This document shows positions 45,048 to 54,375 of a stretch of 64,000 nucleotides of DNA, piece after piece. The stretch spans positions 21,373-85,372 of the forward strand of contig ONMR01000002.1 of the NCBI GenBank assembly GCA_900318995.1, in the 5' to 3' direction. Position numbers and translations under genes: made by a program. The DNA is from an uncultured Prevotellaceae bacterium (lineage in GTDB: Bacteria > Bacteroidota > Bacteroidia > Bacteroidales > Bacteroidaceae). The notes under the pieces are model-generated. The model was not told where the DNA came from. It made no database searches and worked only from the letters and a program-made list of their open reading frames with translations. Positions within the stretch are counted from its first letter, which is position 1. Every line of letters begins with the position of its first letter.

Positions 45048-47312
45048 CTAAGCCCACCAGTCGCAGGCTGATTTTTCGCCCGCAAGCCAGACTATATCGC
45101 CCTCTTTGAAGCGATAGTCCGGCTTGGGGTTGGTGGTTACCTGACCGTCGCTTACAACGCTGATCACCATGCAGCCGTAGGAGCGCATATCGGTCTCACG
45201 AAGTGTCTTGCCGGTTAGCCAGGAGTCTTCCTTGAGGGTTATGCTGTCAAGCTGGAATGCGCGCGGAGCAAGGGTATCGGTATCCTTCTCATCGGGTACA
45301 TATACACTCTCTGTCATATCCTTGCGGAATTCGGAGAGTTGTTCCTTGGTACCCACCGCAATCAGTTTGTCAAACGGGAAAACCATCTCCTCGCCTTTGG
45401 GAATCATTATGCTGCGGCTTCCGCGGATTATCTTGACTATATTCACGCCTGATTTGTGGCGGAACGGCAGGTCCTTGAGCATCTTGCCGGCGTAGAGTGA
45501 ATCGGCCGATATGGTTATCATATCGGTCTTTACGTTATAGCGCGACATCTTGTCGCTTACCGACGATGTTACCGGAGTCATGCGGCGCTGCTGCTGCTCC
45601 TTCTCATTAAGGTTGGCCATAAAACGGTCTTCCACGACGGTAAACTTGCTTATGGAACGGCGTCCTATCAGGAAGAATGCCACTCCCGACACTATTATCA
45701 GCAGAATGGTCCAGAACGCCAGATTGAAATGACTGGCTATAACACTGACTACAAACCCCATAGCAATCAGGTTACGAAGCAGAACAAGCGATATTACCGG
45801 CCATACATTGGATTGCTTGGCCTTTATCAGTTTGATGGAAGAACTGTTTATATCCTTGCCGGAAATAGCAATACCCACCAGGAACGGAGACATGACCGCA
45901 AGTGTCACTACTACACTTATCAGATTGCGCACAATCGGAGTCAGACTGTCCAACCGGCTAATTATGTATTTGTCCAGAAACAGATGGGAACCCAAATCTA
46001 TTGCTATAAGGATAACACTGTACAGAAGCACCCTTAGTGCAACCTCTTTGATAAGCCGTTTCCACTCATTCTGGGCAGCTGCCGAATTCTGACGTTCCTG
46101 GGTTGAGAATGCATTGATCCTGTTGACAAACTGCGCCGGCAGTTTTTTAATAAGGTACAGATAAGCAGGAGTGCCTGCCTTTATCATATAAGGTGTGGTA
46201 AACGTGGTAATGACCGATACCGTTATGATGACCGGATAGATGAAATCACGCATCACGCCCAGTGATACGCCAAGACCGGCAATGATGAACGAGAACTCTC
46301 CCAACTGCGCAAGGCTGAATCCGGCGTGTACCGCGTTTTCCAATCCCTGGCCTGCAAGCACTGCACCCGACGTTGAAAAGAAGAGTATTCCTGTCATTAC
46401 GGTTATGGTAAGTACCAGTATGGTCCCCCAGTGCTCCGCAATCACGTGCGGATCAACCATCATACCTACCGAAACAAAGAATATGGCACCGAACAGGTCC
46501 TTGATTCCCTTGGTAAGATGCATTATGTGCTCACTCTCCAATGTCTCGGCCAGAATGGAGCCCATGACGAATGCGCCCAAGGCCTCGGAGAATCCGGCCA
46601 GACTGGCCAGAGACACCATCACAAAGCAGAGTCCCAGACTAACCAGAAGCAGAATCTCATCGTTGAGATAATTATGTGCTTTCTTAAGTATGGTAGGTAT
46701 CATGTAAATGCCTATAAGGAACCACAGGATCAGGAAGAACACCAGTTTGGCAAGTCCCATAAGCATCTCGCCTCCTGCGAATTTATTTGACACCGCCATA
46801 GTGGAGAGCAGCACCATGAACACCACAGCGATAAGGTCCTCAAACACCAGTGCGCCGAACACCAGCGGAGCGAACGGACGGTCCTTGTATCCCAGGTCAT
46901 CATAAGCCTTTATTATAATGGTGGTCGATGACATGGATAGCATACCACCCAGGAATATGGACTCCATGTTACTCCACCCTATTGCCTCACCCACCAGAAA
47001 ACCCAGTATGAACATACCCAGGCACTGGGTCATTGCCGTTATCAGGGCACTGCTGCCTACTTTGATGAGTTTCTTGAAACTGAATTCCAGTCCCAATGCA
47101 AACAGAAGGAATATGATACCTATGTCGGACCACTCTTTAACCTGAACTGTGCTGGTAACAGTCGGAAACAGGCCCATATGAGGTCCCACCAGGAAACCTG
47201 CCACTATGTAACCCAGAATAAGCGGTTGTTTAAGTGCCTTTGATATGATGGTAAATACACCTGCCGATATCAATATCAGCGCAAGATCCTTTACAAGATT
47301 TGCTTCCTCCAT
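45048..47312 (-). CDS. CPA2-family cation:proton antiporter with two C-terminal TrkA-C (RCK_C) domains
   Basis: 754 aa. The Kef-type N-terminus reads 'LGYIVAGFLVGPH', there are about 12 TM segments, and two soluble repeats are present. Confidence 0.85.
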   Translation of the reverse strand: MEEANLVKDLALILISAGVFTIISKALKQPLILGYIVAGFLVGPHMGLFPTVTSTVQVKEWSDIGIIFLLFALGLEFSFKKLIKVGSSALITAMTQCLGMFILGFLVGEAIGWSNMESIFLGGMLSMSSTTIIIKAYDDLGYKDRPFAPLVFGALVFEDLIAVVFMVLLSTMAVSNKFAGGEMLMGLAKLVFFLILWFLIGIYMIPTILKKAHNYLNDEILLLVSLGLCFVMVSLASLAGFSEALGAFVMGSILAETLESEHIMHLTKGIKDLFGAIFFVSVGMMVDPHVIAEHWGTILVLTITVMTGILFFSTSGAVLAGQGLENAVHAGFSLAQLGEFSFIIAGLGVSLGVMRDFIYPVIITVSVITTFTTPYMIKAGTPAYLYLIKKLPAQFVNRINAFSTQERQNSAAAQNEWKRLIKEVALRVLLYSVILIAIDLGSHLFLDKYIISRLDSLTPIVRNLISVVVTLAVMSPFLVGIAISGKDINSSSIKLIKAKQSNVWPVISLVLLRNLIAMGFVVSVIASHFNLAFWTILLIIVSGVAFFLIGRRSISKFTVVEDRFMANLNEKEQQQRRMTPVTSSVSDKMSRYNVKTDMITISADSLYAGKMLKDLPFRHKSGVNIVKIIRGSRSIMIPKGEEMVFPFDKLIAVGTKEQLSEFRKDMTESVYVPDEKDTDTLAPRAFQLDSITLKEDSWLTGKTLRETDMRSYGCMVISVVSDGQVTTNPKPDYRFKEGDIVWLAGEKSACDWWA

Positions 47313-47332
47313 AATCCTTTAGTTTGAAAACA

Positions 47333-47340
47333 CAAAATTA
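47333..47340 (-). promoter_or_regulatory. -7 promoter box (TAATTTTG) for the antiporter gene
   Basis: Perfect TAnnTTTG on the minus strand, about 21 nt upstream of ATG 47312. Confidence 0.5.
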
Positions 47341-47374
47341 CTACTTTGAAAGATAGACCATTATAAAAAAATAG

Positions 47375-47382
47375 ATAAATTT
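47375..47382 (+). promoter_or_regulatory. -7 promoter box (TAAATTTG) for the riboswitch-led B12 locus
   Basis: Perfect TAnnTTTG, about 12 nt before the riboswitch P1 helix. Confidence 0.5.
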
Positions 47383-47393
47383 GTGCTCCGATA

Positions 47394-47572
47394 CGGTGAT
47401 GCTGCCACCCGCGGTGACAGCATAGAGGGAATCCGGTGAGAATCCGGAACAGTGCCCGCTACTGTAAGGTCCTTAAACAATTCCGCAGGGAATCACAAAT
47501 GCCACTGCTTCATTGGTTTGAAGTGGGAAGGCCCCGACGGAGGGACTGGAGTCAGGAAACCTGCCGCATCAT
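47394..47572 (+). promoter_or_regulatory. Cobalamin (B12) riboswitch, complete aptamer
   Basis: The core reads AGGGAATCCGGTGAGAATCCGGAACAGTGCCCGCTACTGT, followed by GCCACTG...GGGAAGG and the B12 box GAGTCAGGAAACCTGCC. P1 pairs TGATGC (47396-47401) with GCATCA (47565-47570). Confidence 0.9.
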
Positions 47573-47629
47573 TTACTATTGGACTAAGGCTCCGGGACAG
47601 AACCGGTCCGCACTATTTTTTTCATTAAT

Positions 47630-49873
47630 ATGCTAAAGAAGATCTTTCTTTCTGCAGTATTGCTGTGTATGATTGTATCTGCATGGAGCCAGGTAACAGT
47701 AAGCGGTATTGTACTTGATGCTGAAAGCGGCAAGCCCATACAGGGGGCAAACATTCGTGTTGATCACAGCCTGTCCGGCACTTCGACCAACAGCAAGGGT
47801 GAGTTTTCTCTCCAGAATCTGCCCCAACAGGAAAACTACCGCATCAGGATAACTCATGTATCGTATTTGCCGGCCGACTATACGGCCACATCAGCCGACA
47901 ACGCCATAATCGTCAAGATGCAGGAGAGCTACATCAACCTTGGACAGGTAGTGGTTACCGGAACCGGAACCCACCGCCGGATGTCAAACTCTCCAGTACC
48001 TATCCAGGTTATTACTGCCAAGGATATCCAGAATGCCGGTGTTACATCGGTAGAGGAGGCTTTGACGCGGCTCATGCCCAACATCACGACCGTAACCAAC
48101 GGCATGGGCACGTTCCTTAACCTTAACGGAACAGGTCAGGATTACATGATAGTGATGGAGAACGGACACCGTCTGGGAGGCGACCAGCGTCTTAACCGCA
48201 TCAGCGCATCAAACATCAAACGCATTGAGATTCAGAGCGGTGCCGCATCGGCCCTATACGGAAGCGAGGCCATAGGTGGTGTGATAAACATCATTACCGA
48301 TGATTCCAACAACGGCGTAGGTGTGACCAACTACACCCATTATACAAGCCACGGCCGTTTTACCGAGAGTGTTGACGCCGACATCAACACCGGAAAGTTC
48401 TCATCAAGCACATCGTACCAACGCAAGGAAGCCGACAACTGGCAGGTCAATGACATTGACGAGGACGGCTACAAGACCGGCCGTCCAATGTCGGCCGGTT
48501 ACACACAGGACAACATAAGCCAGAGTTTCACCTACAGGTTCAGTGACAGGCTGGACGTTTCTGTTCGCGGCAACTACAACGTATATGACACCCGCCGTCC
48601 TCAGACCGCCAAGTATTTCAAGAAGTCATCCGAAAAGGACACTGACGGTAACTACATATACAAGGAGACCCAGGCTTACACATACGACCTGAACCACGTA
48701 ACCTGGCTGTATGGAGTTAGCGCCAACTATATGATAAGCCCCAAGGCATATCTTGAGGCCGATTTCTACAATGACAACTTTACGTCGTCATACCGCTATT
48801 TCCTCAAGAGCGGCAGCCAGATGCCCGGTGACCTCCAGAAACGCAAGGAGACCCATTACTATGACGGTAACATCAAGGCCATACTCAAGCCGGATAAGAT
48901 GAATAAGGTGTCAGTAGGTATGCAGTATATCAATGAGCAGCTGCGCAGCGAGACTGACAACATAAGCTTTGAGAGCATGTTCACCGCTGCCGCATTCATA
49001 CAGGACGAGCTTTCCATTACAGAGGACCTGCAGGCTGTGGCCGGAGTCAGATACCTGTACAACGAGAATTTCAAGAGTCATGCCACACCTGATTTCTCAC
49101 TCATGTACAAGCCGGGTAACTTCAGGTTCAGGGCATCGTGGGCAACCGGTTACCGCTCTCCCACCCTGAGTCAGATATTTGCGACCGACCAGACCAAGAC
49201 AGCCAGCCGTGCGACCGTTGGCAATCGTGACCTCAAACCTGAGAAGAGCCGTTATGCATCACTCAATGCCGAATACGCCACCCAAAGGCTTTCTTTGTCC
49301 GTAACAGGCGTGCTCAATGACATCACCGACATGATTAACTACCGTGTCCTTTCCGATGCCGAGATCACTGCATTGGGATATGATGATCTGCACTCCGAAT
49401 TCAAGACCATACGCCAGCGTGACAATATTGACAAAGCAGAAATCAAAAGCATTAGCGTGAATGCCAACGTATATGTAGGAGGCGGCATCAATCTGGCCGG
49501 CAGCTACATCTATACAGACTCCAAGGCTGAGAGTGACGGCAAGTCAAATCCGGTTGACAAGAGCGTAAAACACAGCGGCAACGCTACCCTGCGCTGGGAC
49601 CATGACTGGGGCGGCTACCACCTCAACGTAAGCCTGAACGGCCACATGCAGGGCGAGCGTTACTCCAGCACATACGGATATGCTCCCGGTTACAGCCAGT
49701 GGGACCTCAACACCAAACACACATTCCTTATCGAGGACTACATAATTGAGCCAGGCATCGGTATAGAGAATTTATTCAATGAGCGTGACACCAGACCATG
49801 GAACACCAATTTCACTACGATCAACCCGGGCCGTTCGGTATATGTCAGCCTGGCCATCAGACTTAAGAAATGA
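47630..49873 (+). CDS. TonB-dependent receptor (BtuB-like) with N-terminal CarboxypepD_reg-like domain
   Basis: Signal peptide, 'VSGIVLDAESGKPIQGANI', a plug ('QVVVTGTGTHRR', 'IEIQSGAASALYGSEAIGGVINIIT') and a C-terminal barrel. It lies directly downstream of the B12 riboswitch. Confidence 0.85.
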   Translation: MLKKIFLSAVLLCMIVSAWSQVTVSGIVLDAESGKPIQGANIRVDHSLSGTSTNSKGEFSLQNLPQQENYRIRITHVSYLPADYTATSADNAIIVKMQESYINLGQVVVTGTGTHRRMSNSPVPIQVITAKDIQNAGVTSVEEALTRLMPNITTVTNGMGTFLNLNGTGQDYMIVMENGHRLGGDQRLNRISASNIKRIEIQSGAASALYGSEAIGGVINIITDDSNNGVGVTNYTHYTSHGRFTESVDADINTGKFSSSTSYQRKEADNWQVNDIDEDGYKTGRPMSAGYTQDNISQSFTYRFSDRLDVSVRGNYNVYDTRRPQTAKYFKKSSEKDTDGNYIYKETQAYTYDLNHVTWLYGVSANYMISPKAYLEADFYNDNFTSSYRYFLKSGSQMPGDLQKRKETHYYDGNIKAILKPDKMNKVSVGMQYINEQLRSETDNISFESMFTAAAFIQDELSITEDLQAVAGVRYLYNENFKSHATPDFSLMYKPGNFRFRASWATGYRSPTLSQIFATDQTKTASRATVGNRDLKPEKSRYASLNAEYATQRLSLSVTGVLNDITDMINYRVLSDAEITALGYDDLHSEFKTIRQRDNIDKAEIKSISVNANVYVGGGINLAGSYIYTDSKAESDGKSNPVDKSVKHSGNATLRWDHDWGGYHLNVSLNGHMQGERYSSTYGYAPGYSQWDLNTKHTFLIEDYIIEPGIGIENLFNERDTRPWNTNFTTINPGRSVYVSLAIRLKK

Positions 49874-52014
49874 GAAAGAGGGCACTTGGAATACTCGTCA
49901 TGATATGTTCCGTACCACTGTCGGCACAGAACGAGACCACTTTGTCAGAAAAACTTGATGAAGTTGTCGTGACAGCCACAGGTACACCCCACACACTTAA
50001 GGACGTTCCGGTCCAAACTGAAATTATATCGCGAAAACAGATAGAGCAGTTGGGTGCAGCATCATTTGAGGACATCCTGTCACAGCTAAGCGCCGGATTT
50101 GATTTCAATGCCGGCGACATGGGCAGCCAGATGACCCTGAACGGACTGGGCAACAACTACATTCTGATAATGATTGACGGCAAACGCCTTAACGGTGACA
50201 ACGGCGGCGAGAATGACCTGGGCCGGATTGACCCGCACAACATAGACCACATAGAGATTGTAAAGGGAGCAGGCAGTGCACTTTACGGCAGCGACGCCAT
50301 GGCCGGCGTAATCAACGTCATAACCCGCCGTCATGATGACCAGGCTCTCTATCTGGAGAACACCACCCGCGGAGGATCGTACATGGACCTGCGCCAACAC
50401 AACAGTATAGGTTTCAGTGTAGGCAGGTTCACATCACTCACCACATTCCAGATGCAGCACACAGACGGCTGGCAGAACACGGCCGAGGAGGATCCGGCCC
50501 AGACCGAATACCACATCTTTGACTCACGCAACAAGACGGTCAATATGTATACCAACGGTCAGATAGGCCAGCGTATCACCTATACCCCATCGGACAGACT
50601 ATCATTTGAGGCCGACGGCTACCTGTACCGCAAGCGCATATTCCGCCCCACCAACGGTCGTCACCCGTCATGTGATGTCAACACGTTCGATATGAAATAC
50701 CGTGATGCCGGCGCTTCGCTGGGATCGGAATACAAGCTTAAAGGAACTGACCGCATCACGCTGGATGTAAGCTGGGACCGCCACGCCTACTACTATCACT
50801 ACACGGATACCACGCTCGAGGAAGGCTATGACCCCAACGGAAACTACACCCCCTACTATCCCTACTTCCCGGACCAAGAGCATCTGCAGAGTGACCAGCA
50901 GCGCACTATGGCCGAGCTCAAGGGCGTTTTCAGCCTGCCTTACGGAAATCTGCTCAGCGTCGGTGCCGAGTATCGTTTTGATTACCTGCACGCACCCATG
51001 CGCGTCAAGGGAGGTAAGGCCGATGACTGGACCACAGCCCTGTATCTGCAGGATGAATATACCGGAGTTGACTGGCTCAACATGACCGCAGGAATACGTC
51101 TGATTGAGAACAAGGCGTTCGGGTTCCATGCCACGCCCAAGATAAGCGCCATGTTCAAGGTAGCCGACCTGCGCATTCGTACCGGCTGGAGCCGCGGATT
51201 CAAGTCACCCACCCCCAAGGAGCAGGGTTACCACTATCTGCGCACCATGGGCGCCACCACATTCTTCTATATGGGCAATCCTGACCTCAAGCCACAGACA
51301 TCCGATTACCTGTCGGCCGGCGTTGAGTTCAGCCGCGGAGGGTTCTCGGCATCCGTCACCGGCTACCGCAATGAGCTGTACAACATGATTACCCTGGTCA
51401 ATGTACCCTTGAGCCAGATTCCTGCAGGTGAAGCGCCGGAGTATATGGGCGACGGCAGCGGCCAGATTACCCCGCGCATGTACATGAATATGGAGGATGC
51501 CCGCACCATGGGTGTTGACGCTTCTCTTACCTGGCGTATTACGTCCGATATCACCCTGGGAGGATCATACAGCTGGCTTGATACCAAGGCCCATGTTTAT
51601 GACACCAAGCACAGCCGCCTTAATGAGGTGACCATCGACGGTATGGCCCACCACAAGGGCAATGTATATGGAACCTGGCAGCACCGCTATAATGACGCTT
51701 ACCGTTTGGGTATCGGCCTGTACGGACGCGCCAGCAGTACCCGCTACTATCAGAACAACGGCAACGGCAAGCCCTATCAGATTTGGAAACTTACCTCGAC
51801 CCATGACCTGGGGCGCGGCAAGAACGGTCTTACCTGGAGGCTTGAAGCCGGTATGGACAACATACTTGATTACAAGGAGACCACTCCCCACGGACTGCAT
51901 TACGGTACCACCAGCCCCGGACGGACTTTCTACTGCACACTGAGTCTTAAGTTCTCAAAGGGCCGTAAGATGAATACCAAGGATGTGGAAAAGGGGAGCA
52001 TTGATGATGACTGA
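49870..52014 (+). CDS. TonB-dependent receptor (BtuB-like), second copy
   Basis: 'EVVVTATGTPH' and 'IEIVKGAGSALYGSDAMAGVINVIT'. An ATGA overlap links it to the upstream receptor gene. Confidence 0.85.
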   Translation: MRKRALGILVMICSVPLSAQNETTLSEKLDEVVVTATGTPHTLKDVPVQTEIISRKQIEQLGAASFEDILSQLSAGFDFNAGDMGSQMTLNGLGNNYILIMIDGKRLNGDNGGENDLGRIDPHNIDHIEIVKGAGSALYGSDAMAGVINVITRRHDDQALYLENTTRGGSYMDLRQHNSIGFSVGRFTSLTTFQMQHTDGWQNTAEEDPAQTEYHIFDSRNKTVNMYTNGQIGQRITYTPSDRLSFEADGYLYRKRIFRPTNGRHPSCDVNTFDMKYRDAGASLGSEYKLKGTDRITLDVSWDRHAYYYHYTDTTLEEGYDPNGNYTPYYPYFPDQEHLQSDQQRTMAELKGVFSLPYGNLLSVGAEYRFDYLHAPMRVKGGKADDWTTALYLQDEYTGVDWLNMTAGIRLIENKAFGFHATPKISAMFKVADLRIRTGWSRGFKSPTPKEQGYHYLRTMGATTFFYMGNPDLKPQTSDYLSAGVEFSRGGFSASVTGYRNELYNMITLVNVPLSQIPAGEAPEYMGDGSGQITPRMYMNMEDARTMGVDASLTWRITSDITLGGSYSWLDTKAHVYDTKHSRLNEVTIDGMAHHKGNVYGTWQHRYNDAYRLGIGLYGRASSTRYYQNNGNGKPYQIWKLTSTHDLGRGKNGLTWRLEAGMDNILDYKETTPHGLHYGTTSPGRTFYCTLSLKFSKGRKMNTKDVEKGSIDDD

Positions 52015-52055
52015 TTTATAAACCTATAGTTTAACCTATTTAAAAACAAACAGAA

Positions 52056-53132
52056 ATGAAGAAATTCAGATTTATTCTGGCTGCTATGGTAGCCATAGCA
52101 GGTTTCAGCTTTGTAAGCTGCGACAATGAGAGTGAAGAGACCAAGAACAACTACACCCGCTATCAGGATGCAGTAGACAAGCAGATCAACAAGAAGAATG
52201 ACAGCGCCATCCTTCTGGTTGCTTTCGGTTCAACCTGGGAGCAGGCATTCGGTGCTTTTGATGAAACTATCGAGGCCTATAAGAAGGCTTTCCCAAAATC
52301 AGACGTTTATCTGAGCTACAGCTCTGCTATCTGCATCAACCGTGCAGCTGCCGGCGAGAACGGTGTTTCACGTAACTACTACGCTCCCAACTTCTGGCTC
52401 CACGGACTGGGCGCCAAGCAGTACAAGGAGATTATCGTTCAGTCACTGCAGGTTATCCCCGGTGAGGAGTTCTCACGCGTTGTAAACTACATCAAGGACT
52501 TTGCCAACAACAGTCTGGGTGATCTGGATGACAAGTATCTGAGCGAGGTTACCATCAAGCTTGGTATGCCACTGCTGGCAGCCGAGGAGGATGTCGTAAC
52601 TACCGCCAGGGTTCTTAACAACGTATACAGTGCAAAGGCAGCCGAGGGCGTCGTTGCTTTCATGGGTCACGGAAACCCCGACAGCTATGACACTTACAAG
52701 GCCAACATCCGTTACAACCAGCTTGAGGAGGAACTCCAGAAGCTCAACTCCAACTACTTTGTAGGTACCGTCGATGCTCCCGAGAACTATAAGGTTCAGG
52801 TTCTGGAGCGCATGAAGGAGGCTGGTATCACCGGCGGTAAGGTATTCCTGCACCCGCTGATGTCAATCGCCGGTGACCACGCTCACAACGATATGGCCGG
52901 TGACGACGGTGAGGGTATGAATCCCGCAGAGTATGAGTACAATGATGAGGGCGAGATCGAGGACCTGAGCTGGAAGTGCTTCTTTGCCCAGAACGATTAC
53001 GAGTGCAACAATGAGACAATGATCACCAAGGGTCTGCTTGAGATTGAGTCAGTACGCAATCTCTGGATTGAGCACACAAGAGGTGCCGAGACTCTTGAGG
53101 ACTATTACCACAGCATGTTCCCCGAGGAATAA
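52056..53132 (+). CDS. CbiK-like (sirohydrochlorin cobaltochelatase fold) lipoprotein, predicted exported
   Basis: Lipobox 'FSFVSC' is followed by the acidic 'DNESEE'. CbiK-like motifs are 'AILLVAFGST', 'FMGHGNP' and 'LHPLMSIAGDHAHNDMAGDDGE'. Confidence 0.8.
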   Translation: MKKFRFILAAMVAIAGFSFVSCDNESEETKNNYTRYQDAVDKQINKKNDSAILLVAFGSTWEQAFGAFDETIEAYKKAFPKSDVYLSYSSAICINRAAAGENGVSRNYYAPNFWLHGLGAKQYKEIIVQSLQVIPGEEFSRVVNYIKDFANNSLGDLDDKYLSEVTIKLGMPLLAAEEDVVTTARVLNNVYSAKAAEGVVAFMGHGNPDSYDTYKANIRYNQLEEELQKLNSNYFVGTVDAPENYKVQVLERMKEAGITGGKVFLHPLMSIAGDHAHNDMAGDDGEGMNPAEYEYNDEGEIEDLSWKCFFAQNDYECNNETMITKGLLEIESVRNLWIEHTRGAETLEDYYHSMFPEE

Positions 53133-53152
53133 TCCAAATACCTTTTTTCAAT

Positions 53153-53206
53153 ACCGCTATCCGATGAGTATGATAGGAACTCACCGGATAACGGTTTTGG
53201 TTTTTT
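53153..53206 (+). terminator. Intra-locus hairpin plus T-run between the CbiK-like gene and the ABC importer genes
   Basis: ACCGCTATCCG (53153-53163) pairs with CGGATAACGGT (53185-53195): 11 bp with one mismatch. It is followed by TTTTGGTTTTTT. Confidence 0.5.
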
Positions 53207-53211
53207 ATCAA

Positions 53212-53219
53212 TATCTTTG
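53212..53219 (+). promoter_or_regulatory. Possible internal -7 box (TATCTTTG) immediately before the substrate-binding protein gene
   Basis: Perfect TAnnTTTG ending 4 nt before ATG 53224. This would imply a leaderless or near-leaderless transcript. Confidence 0.3.
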
Positions 53220-53223
53220 AGTT

Positions 53224-54354
53224 ATGAAAAAGACTACACTCCTTATTTTGACAGCTGTCCTTGTCATAACAGGCTGCAAAGGCCGTTCATCGGGCACTCG
53301 TACGGGCATCGGTGGTACGACAGACAGCACAACTATCAGATATGCACAGGGATTTACCCTTACATACTGCGGTGACATACGTCTTATCGACTTGCAGGAC
53401 CCGCAAAAGGAGGAGACGCAGTCTTTCCATTACGCTCTGGTACCCAAAGGTGCCAGTACAGACGGCATACCAAAGGAATACACACCAATTGAGGTTCCCA
53501 TAAGCAAGGTTATCTGCATGACATCGCTGCAGCTTTCCAGTTTCATCAAGCTGGATGAGCTTGACGCAGTGGTAGGCATAACCAGTACACGCCATCTCTT
53601 CAATGAGGAGATGAACCGTCGTCTGGAGGACGGCCGTACGCACAAGATAGGCATTGAGGGCAATTTTGACAATGAGGTCATTATGGCCGTCAATCCCGAT
53701 ATCATACTCATTTCACCGTTCAAGCGCGGCGGATATGAGGCTCTCAAGAACGTTGACATAACACTTGTGCCCCATCTGGGCTACAAGGAGACCACTCCGC
53801 TGGGACAGGCCGAGTGGATAAAGTTTGCCGGAATGCTGCTGGGCTGTGAGGAGAAGGCCGACAGCATATTCCGCGGCATCGAGCAGCGCTATCTGGCGCT
53901 CACAAAACTTACCGGAGATGTTACCAGCCGACCGGTGGTGTTCAGCGGTGAACTCCAGGGCGGCAACTGGTATGCAGTGGGCGGTCAGAGTTTCCTGGCA
54001 CAGATTTTCAAGGATGCCGGCGGAGATTATTTTCTTAAGGACGATCCCCACTCAGGCGGATTCACCATGGATTATGAGGTGGTTTACAGCCAGGCCGCCA
54101 ATGCCGACTACTGGCGCATAGTAAACAGTTACCAGGGTGACTACTCTTATCAGGTTCTGGCCGATGACGATACTCGCTACACCGATTTCAAGGCATGGAA
54201 ACAGCATGGAGTCATCTATTGCAACATGAGCAAGACTCCGTTCTACGAGAGCATGCCCATGGAGCCGGAACTTGTACTGAGTGATTTCATCAAGGTGTTC
54301 CACCCTGAACTCCTGCCTGATTACACTCCTCATTATTACCGACTTCTCAAATAG
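53224..54354 (+). CDS. ABC transporter periplasmic substrate-binding lipoprotein (BtuF/FecB-type, cluster A)
   Basis: Lipobox 'VITGC', then a 'periplasmic binding protein' pattern ('KVICMTSLQLSSFIKLDELDAVVGI'). Its position ahead of FecCD permease and ATPase genes also supports the call. Confidence 0.8.
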   Translation: MKKTTLLILTAVLVITGCKGRSSGTRTGIGGTTDSTTIRYAQGFTLTYCGDIRLIDLQDPQKEETQSFHYALVPKGASTDGIPKEYTPIEVPISKVICMTSLQLSSFIKLDELDAVVGITSTRHLFNEEMNRRLEDGRTHKIGIEGNFDNEVIMAVNPDIILISPFKRGGYEALKNVDITLVPHLGYKETTPLGQAEWIKFAGMLLGCEEKADSIFRGIEQRYLALTKLTGDVTSRPVVFSGELQGGNWYAVGGQSFLAQIFKDAGGDYFLKDDPHSGGFTMDYEVVYSQAANADYWRIVNSYQGDYSYQVLADDDTRYTDFKAWKQHGVIYCNMSKTPFYESMPMEPELVLSDFIKVFHPELLPDYTPHYYRLLK

Positions 54355-54375
54355 AATTAGTATCTTAGCGGTTCT

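Noticed and set aside
47573-47629. Intrinsic terminator as the expression platform of the complete B12 riboswitch
   Set aside because: Only a 4-bp GGAC/GUCC stem precedes the T7 run at 47604-47610. That is too weak to call, so the regulatory mechanism (transcriptional or translational) is left open.
47436-47636. 66-aa ORF upstream of the first B12-locus receptor
   Set aside because: It lies entirely within the cobalamin riboswitch aptamer and expression platform.
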